Positions 1-9,960 of a stretch of 64,000 bases of DNA are shown piece by piece. The first letter of the stretch is position 1. Every line of letters begins with the position of its first letter. The translations under genes and the position numbers were made by a program. The DNA comes from Planctomycetota bacterium. Lineage in GTDB: Bacteria; Planctomycetota; DG-23; DATKVD01. Below the pieces are notes generated by a model. It was not told where the DNA came from and made no database searches. It worked only from the letters and a program-made list of their open reading frames with translations. The stretch lies in contig JBBIVY010000004.1 in NCBI GenBank assembly GCA_037439485.1, positions 93-64,092 of the forward strand. The letters are read 5' to 3'.

Positions 1-86
1 ATCGGCCTTCCGGGGCCGGAAATTCTGTTGAGGGCGGGCCGGCGTTGGGGTATAAACTGGGGCAACCGAGCGGGGGGACATCGTTC

Positions 87-1093
87 ATGGGCGATACTGT
101 GGCGGGCGCAAGACCGGGTCGAGGGCCGCTGGCCGCCTTCGTCGCCGCCCTTCGGCCCAAGCAGTGGGTCAAGAACGGCTTCGTCTTCGGGCCGCTGCTC
201 TTCTCCCGCAACCTCGGCCACTGGACCACCGACCTCGAAGCCTGCCTCATGTTCGCCGCCTTCTGCGCGGCGTCGAGCGCCGTCTACCTCATGAACGACG
301 TCCTCGACTACGAGGCCGACCGTCTGCATCCGGTGAAGCGCCGTCGGCCCGTGGCGGCGGGCGAACTGGGCCGTCCCGCGGCGCTGATCGCGTCGGTGCT
401 GCTCGGCTTGGCCGGCATCGCCGGGGCGATCGCGACGGGCCTCGTTCCGGGGGCGCCGGGGACCGCGGCCGGGGCCTTCTCACGCGGGCTCGTCCCCGCG
501 GCGCTCGTCGCGGCCTACATCCTGCTCAACGTCTCCTACTCGCTCGGCCTCAAGCAGGTCGTCATCGTGGACGTGATGATGATCGGCGCCGGGTTCGTCC
601 TGCGTGTCCTCGGCGGCACCGCCGCCATCCACGTGTCGCCGTCGCACTGGCTCGTCCTCTGCACGATCCTTCTGTCCGTCTTCCTCGGCTTCACGAAGCG
701 CCGCGGCGAGCTGGCGACGCTCGAGGAGAAAGCCGCGGACCACCGCAAGGTGCTGGACTCCTACAGCGCCGCGTTCCTCGACCAGATGATCTCCGTGGTG
801 ACCGCGGCGACGCTGATGTGCTACATCCTCTACACGGTGGACCAGCGCACGGTGGAGAGCGTGGCCGGCGGCTCGCGCGGGCTGCTCCTGACGGTGCCGT
901 TCGTGATGTACGGCATCTTCCGCTACCTCTACATCGTCTATCGCCGCGAGGAGGGCGAGAACCCGACGACGGCGCTCCTGGGCGACCGGATGCTGCTCGC
1001 GGGCATCGTGCTCTGGGCAGTGCTCGCCGCGGCGGTCGTCTATTATCCGCAGTTCTTCCGCGGATGGTTCGCCGGCGCGACGGGGGCGGCGCC

Positions 1094-1097
<4 letters not shown>
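87..1097 (+). CDS. UbiA-family polyprenyl-phosphate 5-phosphoribosyltransferase-like membrane enzyme (DPPR-synthase-like)
   Basis: ORF 45..1097. Polytopic membrane protein with LRPKQWVKN and [24 protein letters not shown] (UbiA Asp-rich motif), as in decaprenyl-phosphate phosphoribosyltransferases. ATG 87 preferred over the alternative start at 45. Stop overlaps the next start (ATGA 1094-1097). Confidence 0.8.
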
Positions 1098-1872
<775 letters not shown>

Positions 1873-1876
<4 letters not shown>

Positions 1877-3192
1877 CGCCCACCGCCTCCGTCGCCGTCG
1901 GAACGCTCGCCGGCTCGGCCGCGGGGGCGCTCCTCTGGGCGTGGCTCTTCCGCGCCGAGCGATCGGGGACCCTCTCGCGGAAGGGATGGCTGCTCCTGAT
2001 GCTCCTCGCCGGGCTCGCCTGCCGCGGGGGCCTTGCGGCGAAGACCCCCGCCTTCTACGCCCCCGACGAGCGGTCGCACTTCAACTACGCGCGCTATCTT
2101 GCTGAATATCGAGCCTTCCCCGTCCAGGCGGCGAAGACCGACGCCGAGACCGATGACTGGGAATATTACCAGCCCCCGGCCTATTACATGCTCCTCGCGG
2201 CGCCCCATGCCTTCGTCGCGGACGTGTGCGGCGCCGGGACCGCGCTCGACGTGCGAGTGCTGCGGCTCGTCTCCGTCGCCCTCTGGGGCCTCGCGGCGTG
2301 GGGCGTATACCGCTTCCTCATGAAGCGGAGCGACATCGACGACGTTGGCGCGGCGGCGCTCATGGGAATCGTTTCGCTCCTGCCGGCGTGGATGTCCATC
2401 TCTTCGTCGGTCAATAACGACGTCGCCGTCGTTGCGCTCGGCATCGCGTTCATGCTGCTCGCGATGGGAGAGCCCTCGTTCCGGCGTTCCGCCCTCATGG
2501 GCCTTGTGGCCGGCCTCGCGATGCTCTCCAAGTCGAGTGCCGCGCTGCTTGCCGTGTGGGCCGCGGCCTACTGGATCATCCGCGCGGTCCGCCGCGAGTC
2601 GCGGCCGGGTGCGGCCTTCGCGCACCTGGCGCTCATCGCGCTCATCATGGCGGCGGTCTGGCTGCCGTGGGGCGCGAGGAATCTCCAGGTCTACGGCAGC
2701 TTCACCGCGGAGGACGTCGCCAACGTGCGTCCCGACGCGTCGGGACCGGCGACGGCGGACGACGTCATGCGCTGGGCCGCGGGGTGGACGAGCACGTTCT
2801 GGGCCGCGGCGGGGATCTACAACGACCTGCGGTTCTACTACGTCGGCACGGCGCTTTCGGCGGGCCTCGTCCTTGCGGCGATCTGGCTTCTCTGGAGCCG
2901 GCGCGAGAGGCTGATGGAGGAGGTCCGTCCCCAGGCCACGCTCCTTGCGGCCGGGCTCGTCGCGCTGATCGTCAATGCGGCCCTCGCGGTGCGGTTCGCG
3001 ATGCTCTACAACCAGGCCCAGGGGCGGTTCTTCTTCGTCCTGCTCGTGCCCATCGCCTTCCTGCTGGCCGCCGGGCTCCGCGCGTCGGCGGACGACCCCC
3101 GCCGGGCCTCGCTCCACGCGACCGGCTTCCTGCTGACGTTTGCTCTGGCCTTCACGGGGTATACTCTCGGAAGCGTCCGGTTTCTCGGATAG
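1873..3192 (+). CDS. GT-C fold integral-membrane glycosyltransferase (PMT_2/ArnT-like)
   Basis: Internal ATG of ORF 1447..3192 (ATGA overlap with the GT2 stop). Many hydrophobic helices. First-loop motif [15 protein letters not shown] is typical of polyprenyl-P-sugar-dependent GT-C enzymes. Confidence 0.75.
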
Positions 3193-3298
3193 CCTCCTAA
3201 AGGGGCGGGCCTCCGGGTGCCGATATTATATGGAGAGAGTGTGCGTGCCGGGCGGGGCTGCCCGTCCGGGCGAGTGAACCCGCGGAAAGGTCCGATCC

Positions 3299-4405
3299 AT
3301 GAGCCGAGCGAAAGTCGCCATCGTCCGCGTCAAGCCCGAGACCATCCTGGCCGATATCGCCCGCGCGTGCGAACTGGGCGGGATGCGCGAGACGATCAAG
3401 CCGGGCGTCACCACCATCCTCAAGAACAACATCTCCTGGCACCTGATGTATCCCTCGGCCAACACCACCCCCTGGCAGCTCGAGGGGACCATCCTCGCGC
3501 TCAAGGCCGCGGGCGTCAACGACCTCGTCTGCGTCGAGAACCAGACCGTCGTCACCAACGCCTTCAAGGGCGAGGTGCTCAACAAGCAGCGCCCCGTCTG
3601 CGAGCACTACGGCGTGCCTATCAAGTACAACTTCCGGCCCGAGGATATGAAGTGGACGATGTACGAGCCGAAGAACCACGAGCCGCTCGCGGTGGATGAG
3701 GTCTTCACGAAAGGCGTCTACATCCCCGACTTCTTCATCGGCAAGAACGTCGTCCACCTGCCGACGACGAAGTGCCACATCTACACCAACACGACCGGCG
3801 CCATGAAGAACGCCTTCGGCGGGCTCCTGAATAACAAGCGGCATTACTGCCACTCGCGCATCCACGAGACGCTCGTTGACCTCCTGGCGATTCAGAAGGA
3901 AATCCACCCCGGCATCTTCGCGATCATGGACGGCACGACCGCGGGCAACGGTCCCGGCCCGCGCACGATGAAGCCCGAGACGAAGAACGTCTACCTCGCT
4001 TCGAGCGACTGCGTGGCCATCGACGCCGTGGCGGCAAAGATGATGGGATTCGACCCGATGGATTGGGGGTTCATCCGTCACGCGCACGAGCGGGGTCTCG
4101 GCGTCGGGCGCATTGAGGAGATCGAGATCGTCGGCGACGTCGACGCCGCGGCGGAGAACTGGCACTTCCACACCGGCGACAACTTCGCTTCGGGCGTGGG
4201 CAAGCAGTTCTGGTTCGGGCCCCTGCGCTGGTTCGAGCACCTCATGTTCCACACGCCCATCGTCTACGGCTTCATCGTCGCCTCGGCCGTCTATCACGAC
4301 CGCTTCTGGTACCCCATCAAGGGGAAGAAGGTCGTCAAGAAGTGGCTCGCCGAAAGCCCGTGGGGGCAGATGTTCGAGAAATACCAGCCGGGCGTTCTGA
4401 AGTAG
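3299..4405 (+). CDS. DUF362 domain protein
   Basis: 368-aa ORF with non-repetitive composition. Resembles the DUF362 family (VKPGVTTILKNNISW, HLPTTKCHIYT..TGAMKNAFGG, AIMDGTTAGNGPGP, SSDCVAIDAVAAKMMGFDP). Confidence 0.8.
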   Translation: MSRAKVAIVRVKPETILADIARACELGGMRETIKPGVTTILKNNISWHLMYPSANTTPWQLEGTILALKAAGVNDLVCVENQTVVTNAFKGEVLNKQRPVCEHYGVPIKYNFRPEDMKWTMYEPKNHEPLAVDEVFTKGVYIPDFFIGKNVVHLPTTKCHIYTNTTGAMKNAFGGLLNNKRHYCHSRIHETLVDLLAIQKEIHPGIFAIMDGTTAGNGPGPRTMKPETKNVYLASSDCVAIDAVAAKMMGFDPMDWGFIRHAHERGLGVGRIEEIEIVGDVDAAAENWHFHTGDNFASGVGKQFWFGPLRWFEHLMFHTPIVYGFIVASAVYHDRFWYPIKGKKVVKKWLAESPWGQMFEKYQPGVLK

Positions 4406-4485
4406 GGGCACGGTCCCGACGCGTCGGGATGCCCGCGCTTTCAGTTTTCGAGAAACAAGACGGGCACGGCGTGCCGTGCCCCTGC
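4402..4485. repeat. class A REP doublet (REPIN-like): GTAGGGGCA-cgg-TCCCGACgcGTCGGGA-TGCCC ... GGGCACGGCgtGCCGTGCCCCTGC
   Basis: Two palindromes in head-out orientation. The GTAG head contains the DUF362 TAG stop (4403-4405). Confidence 0.8.
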
Positions 4486-4506
4486 GGGAAAAAGCCGGAG
4501 GCAACA

Positions 4507-4902
4507 ATGCGCTGGTTCTTCCTTCTCTTCGCGATGACGATCAACTCCGCCGCGAGCGTGTTTCTGAAGCTCGGCTCGAAGTACGCCGAGGCCAATCCGC
4601 TCGCCGACGGCGCCGGGCTCGTCGACAAGGTCTTTCATTTCCTGAACGCATGGACGATCGTCGCCATCGTGATGTTCGCGCTGAACGTCCTGGCCTACCG
4701 CAAGGCGCTCGACGGGTTCAACCTGAGCATCGCGAACCCCATCATGGTCTCCGGCGGCGTCGTCCTCGTCGCCACCGCCGCCTGGCTCATCCCGGCGCTC
4801 TCCGAGCGCCTCTGCTGGTGGCAGGTCCTCGGCATCGGCATGATCGTCGCGGGGATCTGGTTGGTGGTCTACACGCCCGCCCGGGCCGTCTCGACCCACT
4901 GA
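4507..4902 (+). CDS. small 4-TM SMR/DMT-superfamily membrane protein (ArnE/ArnF-flippase-like)
   Basis: Internal ATG of ORF 4342..4902. 131 aa with four hydrophobic segments. The upstream part of the ORF is REP sequence. Confidence 0.65.
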   Translation: MRWFFLLFAMTINSAASVFLKLGSKYAEANPLADGAGLVDKVFHFLNAWTIVAIVMFALNVLAYRKALDGFNLSIANPIMVSGGVVLVATAAWLIPALSERLCWWQVLGIGMIVAGIWLVVYTPARAVSTH

Positions 4903-4991
4903 CGTAAACCGGTCAGCATGTTCCCATTCGGAATCCGGCGACGTCAACCCGACGAGCCGCCTCGGCAAAGGCGCCCCAAAGCAGATCACGA

Positions 4992-5019
4992 TTGACTTTT
5001 GACGACGGGGCGCTATAAT
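4992..5019 (+). promoter_or_regulatory. sigma70-like promoter for icd: TTGACT-N16-TATAAT
   Basis: TTGACT 4992-4997 and TATAAT 5014-5019, about 58 nt upstream of ATG 5078. GAGGA Shine-Dalgarno before the ATG. Confidence 0.55.
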
Positions 5020-5077
5020 GGCTACTCCGTTGAATCGCGTATCTTATTGAGCTGCAATCACTTATGGCGAGGACCTC

Positions 5078-6160
5078 ATGACGCACAATATCACTCTCAT
5101 CACCGGCGACGGCATTGGCCCCGAGGTGGCGCTGGCGACGCGGCGCTGCGTCGATGCGACGGGCGTCAAGATTCAGTGGAACGAGGTCGAGGCGGGGGTC
5201 GATTACCTGGCGAAGACCGGCAAGCTGATGCCGGACGACCTCATCGACCGCATCCGCAAGGACAAGGTCGCGCTCAAGTCGCCGATTACGACGCCGGTGG
5301 GGACGGGCTTCCGTTCGATCAACGTTCACCTGCGCAAGGCGCTCGACCTTTACGCCTGCGTGCGTCCGTGCAAGAGCTACAAGGGCGTGCGTTCGCGCTA
5401 CCAGAGCATCGACCTCGTGCTCGTGCGCGAGAATACGGAAGACCTCTACGCCGGCATCGAGTTCCAGAAGGGCACCCCCGAGGCGGCCGAGATCATCCAG
5501 ACGATCGAGCGGCTCGGCAAGGTGAAGGTCCGCCCCGACTCCGGCATCTCCATCAAGCCGATTTCCGTCACCGGCAGCACGCGCATCGTGAAGTATGCTT
5601 TCGATTACGCCCGCGCCAACAAGCGCAAGAAGGTGACGGCTGTCCACAAGGCGAACATCATGAAGCACACCGACGGGCTCTTCCTCGAAGTCGCGCGCAG
5701 CGTCGCCAAGGGCTACTCGGATATCGAGTTCGAGGATCGCATCGTCGACAACATGTGCATGCAACTCGTGCAGAAGCCGGAGCTTTACGACATCCTCGTG
5801 CTGCCGAACCTCTACGGCGACGTGCTGAGCGACCTGTGCGCGGGGCTCGTCGGCGGGTTGGGCGTGGCGCCGGGCGCGAACATCGGCGAGAACTGCGCTC
5901 TTTTCGAGGCGACGCACGGCTCGGCCCCGAAATACAAGGGCCTCAACAAGGTCAACCCCGTCGCGGTCATCCTCTCCGCGGTGCTCATGCTCCGGCACAT
6001 CGGCGAGAAGGCCGCCGGCGACAAGCTCGAGAAGGCCGTCGCCGACGTCATCGCCGAAGGCAAGTACGTCACCTACGACATGAAGGCCGACCGCAACGAC
6101 CCGACCGCCGTCGGCACGAGCCAGATGGCCGACGCGATTATCCGCCGCATTCGCGGCTGA
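5078..6160 (+). CDS. icd: isocitrate dehydrogenase, NAD-dependent IDH3-like (isocitrate/isopropylmalate dehydrogenase family)
   Basis: 360 aa. Motifs [73 protein letters not shown]. Confidence 0.9.
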   Translation: MTHNITLITGDGIGPEVALATRRCVDATGVKIQWNEVEAGVDYLAKTGKLMPDDLIDRIRKDKVALKSPITTPVGTGFRSINVHLRKALDLYACVRPCKSYKGVRSRYQSIDLVLVRENTEDLYAGIEFQKGTPEAAEIIQTIERLGKVKVRPDSGISIKPISVTGSTRIVKYAFDYARANKRKKVTAVHKANIMKHTDGLFLEVARSVAKGYSDIEFEDRIVDNMCMQLVQKPELYDILVLPNLYGDVLSDLCAGLVGGLGVAPGANIGENCALFEATHGSAPKYKGLNKVNPVAVILSAVLMLRHIGEKAAGDKLEKAVADVIAEGKYVTYDMKADRNDPTAVGTSQMADAIIRRIRG

Positions 6161-6168
6161 CGGACAGA

Positions 6169-6258
6169 AAGGTCGAAGGTCAAAGGTCAAAGGCCGAAGG
6201 AGAAGCGGGAAGAAGCGCATCTTCAACCTTCGGCCTTAGGCCTTTGACCTTCGGCCTT
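6169..6258. repeat. class B low-complexity-armed hairpin (unit about AAGGTCA/G)
   Basis: Left arm aaggtcgaaggtcaaaggtcaaaggccgaagg. About 25-nt spacer. Imperfectly complementary right arm accttcggccttaggcctttgaccttcggccttc. Confidence 0.8.
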
Positions 6259-6280
6259 CTCGGTTCAGCGGAGCGCTTGT

Positions 6281-7339
6281 ATGCCTAACCGCGCGTGGCT
6301 GGTTCAGGAACTCCTCTCCGGCCGGCGTCGCTCGTTCGGCGCGTCGCTCGCGCGCGGGGCGCTCTGGACGCTCTCGGTTCCCTATCGCGCCGCGGTCGCC
6401 CTCCGAAACGCCTGCTACGACCGCCACCTCCGCGCGGTGAGCCGGTTCGATTGCCCCGTCATCTCCGTCGGCAACATCACCGCGGGCGGCACCGGCAAGA
6501 CCCCGCTCGTCGAGCTCATCGCCCGGCATATCCTCACGCGCACCGACAAGCTCGCCCTCATCAGCCGCGGCTACGGCTCGGCCGGCGGCGACGAGAAGAA
6601 CGACGAGGCGAAGCTGCTCGAGGAGAACCTGCCCGGCGTCCCGCACGTCATCGGCAAGGACCGCGTCGCCTGTGCATCGGCTGCCCGTCGCAAGCACGAC
6701 GCGCGGGTCATCCTCCTCGACGACGCCTTCCAGCATCGGCGCATCGCGCGCGACCTCGATATCGTCGCGGTCGACGCGACCCGCCCGTTCGGCTTCGGCC
6801 ACGTACTGCCGCGCGGGCTCCTGCGCGAATCGCCGAAATCGCTCTCGCGGGCCGACGTCGTCGTCATCACGCGCTCGGCGCTCGTGACGCCCGAAGAGTT
6901 TGTGGCCGTCGAGGCCGAAGTCGCGCGGCTTGCGCCGAAGGCGCTCGTCGTCCACGCGGAAGAGGTCGTCACTGCGCCCGAGTCGCTCGCCGGAAAGCGC
7001 GTCGTCGCGTTCGCGGGGCTCGGCAATCCCGATGCGTTCCGCCGGACGGTTGCGAAGTCGGGCGCGAGGCTCGGCGCGTTCCTCGTCTTCGGCGACCATC
7101 ATCCTTACGCCGAACGCGAGATCCGCGTCATCGACCGCGTCGCCGTCGACGAGAAGGCCGACGCGATCCTCACGACGCAGAAGGACGCGGTCAAGCTGCC
7201 GCCCGGATTTGACTGGCACGTGCCGCTCGTCGTCGTCAAAATGGAGATGCGCCTGACGAAGAACGCCGACGCGTTCCTTCGCCGGCTCGACGAAGTCGTC
7301 GCTTCTTCATCCCTCTCCCCCCGGGAGAGGGCGGGGTGA
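6281..7339 (+). CDS. lpxK: tetraacyldisaccharide 4'-kinase
   Basis: VISVGNITAGGTGKTP P-loop, LISRGYG, ILLDDAFQHRRIARDLDIVAVD, LPRGLLRE. The last ~10 codons and the stop lie in a class C repeat. Confidence 0.9.
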   Translation: MPNRAWLVQELLSGRRRSFGASLARGALWTLSVPYRAAVALRNACYDRHLRAVSRFDCPVISVGNITAGGTGKTPLVELIARHILTRTDKLALISRGYGSAGGDEKNDEAKLLEENLPGVPHVIGKDRVACASAARRKHDARVILLDDAFQHRRIARDLDIVAVDATRPFGFGHVLPRGLLRESPKSLSRADVVVITRSALVTPEEFVAVEAEVARLAPKALVVHAEEVVTAPESLAGKRVVAFAGLGNPDAFRRTVAKSGARLGAFLVFGDHHPYAEREIRVIDRVAVDEKADAILTTQKDAVKLPPGFDWHVPLVVVKMEMRLTKNADAFLRRLDEVVASSSLSPRERAG

Positions 7340-7345
7340 GGGGGA
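7311..7345. repeat. class C hairpin CCCTCTCCCC-ccg-GGAGAGGG + GGGGTGAGGGGG tail
   Basis: Perfect short stem. Contains the lpxK TGA stop (7337-7339). Confidence 0.75.
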
Positions 7346-7372
7346 ACGCGGAAGACGTCCAAGGGAAATCAC

Positions 7373-8872
7373 ATGCCTGAACAACTCGCTGAAATTCTCG
7401 AAGGCCTCGGCCGTCCACGCGTGCTCGTCGTCGGCGACGTCATCCTCGACCGCTACGTCTGGGGCGAGGTCGAGCGCATCTCGCCCGAGGCGCCCATTCC
7501 GGTGCTCTCGGTGACGAAGGAGGAGTCGAGTCTCGGCGGCGCCGCGAGCGTCGTGCAGGACCTTGTCGCGCTGGGCGTTGACGTGGAGTGCGCGGGGGTC
7601 GTGGGACGCGACGCGGCGGCCGCGGAGTTCCGCGCGCTTCTGCGCAAGGCCGGCGTGCGCGATTCGCTCATCGTTGCCTGCCCCGGCCGGCGCACCACCA
7701 CCAAGGCGCGCGTCATCGCCCGCAAGCAGCAGGTTCTCCGCGTCGACCGCGAAGACACTCACGAACTTCCCGCAAAGGTCGTCGCCAAGGTTCTCGCGTT
7801 CGTGCTGAAGGAAATCCGTCGCTCGCAGGCGGTCATCGTCAGCGACTACGGCAAGGGCCTCGTGACGGGCGCGCTCGTCGCGAAGATTGCCGCCGCGGCG
7901 AAGCGCGCGGGGATTCCCGTCATCGCCGATACGGCCAAGCAGGCTAACTTCCGCAAGTACCGCGGGCTCACCGCGATCACCCCGAACCGCAGTGAGTCGG
8001 AACTGGCGACCGGGATGAAGATCGCCACCGTCGAGGGCGCGAAGCCCGCCGCGAAGAAGCTCCTGCGCGAGTTGAAGCTCGACGCCGTGCTCATGACACT
8101 CGACCGGGACGGCATCGTGGTGATGGAGAAGTCCGGGGGATTCACGCACGTGCCGACGCGGCCGCGGACGGTCTACGACGTGACGGGCGCGGGCGACATG
8201 GTCATCGCGATGGTGGGAGCCGTCGTTGCGGCGGGTCACGGGTGGGTCGACGCGGCGCGCCTCGCGAACGTGGCCGCGGGCATCGAGGTGCAGCGCATCG
8301 GCTGTCAGCCGATTCCCAGGGAGGACATCCTCCGCGCACTCGCCGGCGAGCACGTCGTCGCGGCGGACAAGCTGAAGACGCCGCGCGAGCTGGTTCAGGT
8401 TCTCGCCGAGCATCGCCGTCGTGGCGACCGGATCGTCTTCACGAACGGCTGCTTCGATCTCCTGCACGTGGGCCATGCCAAGTACATCGGGTTCGCGAGG
8501 CGCCTCGGCGACCTGCTCGTCGTGGGGCTCAACACGGATCGGTCGGTGCGGGCGCTCAAGGGCCCGAGCCGTCCCGTCGTCGGCGAGCGCGAGCGCGCCC
8601 AGATGCTCGCGGCGCTTGGCGACATCAGCTACGTTGTCCTCTTCGACGACGACACCCCCGAGAAGCTCATCCGCTCCGTCCGCCCCGACGTCCTCGTCAA
8701 GGGCGAAGACTGGAAACACAAAGGCGTCGTCGGCCGCGAGTTCGTCGAATCCTATGGCGGCGAGGTCATCCTTGCGCCGCTGGTGAAGGGGAAGAGCACG
8801 ACGGCGCTCATCCGCCGGGCGCAAGGAATCTGCGACACATCTTCGGCAATCGGATTGACTGATAAGAAATAG
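7373..8872 (+). CDS. hldE: bifunctional D-glycero-beta-D-manno-heptose-7-phosphate kinase / heptose-1-phosphate adenylyltransferase
   Basis: N-terminal PfkB-type kinase (DVTGAGDMVIA) plus C-terminal cytidylyltransferase (FTNGCFDLLHVGHAKYI). Confidence 0.93.
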   Translation: MPEQLAEILEGLGRPRVLVVGDVILDRYVWGEVERISPEAPIPVLSVTKEESSLGGAASVVQDLVALGVDVECAGVVGRDAAAAEFRALLRKAGVRDSLIVACPGRRTTTKARVIARKQQVLRVDREDTHELPAKVVAKVLAFVLKEIRRSQAVIVSDYGKGLVTGALVAKIAAAAKRAGIPVIADTAKQANFRKYRGLTAITPNRSESELATGMKIATVEGAKPAAKKLLRELKLDAVLMTLDRDGIVVMEKSGGFTHVPTRPRTVYDVTGAGDMVIAMVGAVVAAGHGWVDAARLANVAAGIEVQRIGCQPIPREDILRALAGEHVVAADKLKTPRELVQVLAEHRRRGDRIVFTNGCFDLLHVGHAKYIGFARRLGDLLVVGLNTDRSVRALKGPSRPVVGERERAQMLAALGDISYVVLFDDDTPEKLIRSVRPDVLVKGEDWKHKGVVGREFVESYGGEVILAPLVKGKSTTALIRRAQGICDTSSAIGLTDKK

Positions 8873-8883
8873 TCGCTTTCGGC

Positions 8884-8940
8884 TTGATTACGGCCGATAA
8901 TGCAGTATAATACACTGCGTGTGCAGTATATTGCGCTGCA
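8884..8940 (+). promoter_or_regulatory. TA-module promoter TTGATT-N16-TATAAT with overlapping operator-like repeats
   Basis: TTGATT 8884-8889 and TATAAT 8906-8911. Palindromes GCAGTataatacACTGC (8902-8918) and TGCAGtatattgcgCTGCA (8922-8940). Direct repeat TGCAGTATA at 8901 and 8922, 21 bp apart. Confidence 0.5.
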
Positions 8941-8951
8941 TGGAGGCCAAG

Positions 8952-9575
8952 ATGAGCGGGACGGTTTTCGGGTCGCGGCTGCGGTCAAAGGCTATCGGGT
9001 GGCTCTTCTCTCACCCGGACGAGCGGTTCCACGTCCGCCGGCTGGAGGCGCTTCTCGGCGAGGACTCGACGAACCTGAGCCGGGAGCTGGCGCGACTGGC
9101 GGCGGACGGATTGCTCGTCGCGCAGACCGAAGGACGCCAGAAGTACTATCGGGCCGACGCGCGCTGTCCCATCTTCGAGGAACTGAAAGGCATCGCCGTC
9201 AAGACCACGGGCGTCGCGGATATCGTACGCGAGGCGTTGGCGCCCATCCGAGATCACATCCGCGTCGCGTTCATCTACGGCAGCCAGGCGTCGGGGGCGT
9301 TTGATGTTCATAGCGACGTGGACGTGATGATCGTCGGAGAGGTCGGCTTTGCTGAGGAAGCTTCCAGCATGGCGGGCGTTCACGAGAGGCTCCGACGCGA
9401 CGTGAACACCACCACCTATCCTCCGGAGGAGTTCCGGCGAAAAGTCCGGGAAGGACATTACTTTCTGGCAGACGTGATGCGAGGTTCGAAGATATTCCTC
9501 GTAGGAGACGAGCGTGAGCTTGCAGCAGTGGCTGGCGAACGGCTGGCTCCATGCGCACCAGGCGACGCGCGGTGA
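8952..9575 (+). CDS. winged-HTH + minimal nucleotidyltransferase (MNT) antitoxin-like protein
   Basis: GGAGG sits 5 nt before ATG 8952. ArsR-like wHTH segment (LSRELARLAADGLLV..GRQKYY), then the NTase motif FIYGSQASGAFDVHSDVDVMIVG. Confidence 0.8.
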   Translation: MSGTVFGSRLRSKAIGWLFSHPDERFHVRRLEALLGEDSTNLSRELARLAADGLLVAQTEGRQKYYRADARCPIFEELKGIAVKTTGVADIVREALAPIRDHIRVAFIYGSQASGAFDVHSDVDVMIVGEVGFAEEASSMAGVHERLRRDVNTTTYPPEEFRRKVREGHYFLADVMRGSKIFLVGDERELAAVAGERLAPCAPGDAR

Positions 9576-9960
9576 GATTGCCGAGCGCCTCGCCCACGCG
9601 GAGGAGGATCTGCGAGGATGCCGCATCGCCGAACTCAGCGCCGATTGGCGCCTCGCGATGGCCTATAACGCCGCGCTCCAGGTTGCTGCCGCCGCCCTTG
9701 CCGCCGAGGGATTTCGGACGAGGGGAGGCACGCCGCACCATCATTACACGATTCAGTCTCTGAGCCTGACGGCCGGGATCGACGCGGCCCGGGTCCGCCT
9801 TCTCGACGATATCCGCAGGAAGCGCAATGCCGCGGAGTATGACCGCCTCGGCAGCGTGTCGGACGCGGAGGCGCGCGCGGCGGTCGAGTTCGCAACCCGC
9901 CTGAGGGAAGACGTGATCCGGTGGCTTCGCGACAAGCATCCCATGCTTCTTTCGAAATGA
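9514..9960 (+). CDS. HEPN-domain toxin-like protein
   Basis: GTG 9514 preceded by AGGAG with a 6-nt spacer. All-helical 148 aa containing an R-x4-H string (RGGTPH). Lies downstream of an MNT gene, the typical MNT-HEPN order. Overlaps the MNT ORF by 62 nt in another frame. Its TGA overlaps the gatB ATG. Confidence 0.6.
   Translation: MSLQQWLANGWLHAHQATRGEIAERLAHAEEDLRGCRIAELSADWRLAMAYNAALQVAAAALAAEGFRTRGGTPHHHYTIQSLSLTAGIDAARVRLLDDIRRKRNAAEYDRLGSVSDAEARAAVEFATRLREDVIRWLRDKHPMLLSK

Noticed and set aside
9514-9575. The 62-nt MNT/HEPN overlap considered as a frameshift splitting one fused gene.
   Set aside because: The two parts are complete, separate domains in the usual MNT-then-HEPN order, and the HEPN GTG has its own well-spaced AGGAG. 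A sequencing error cannot be excluded without reads.
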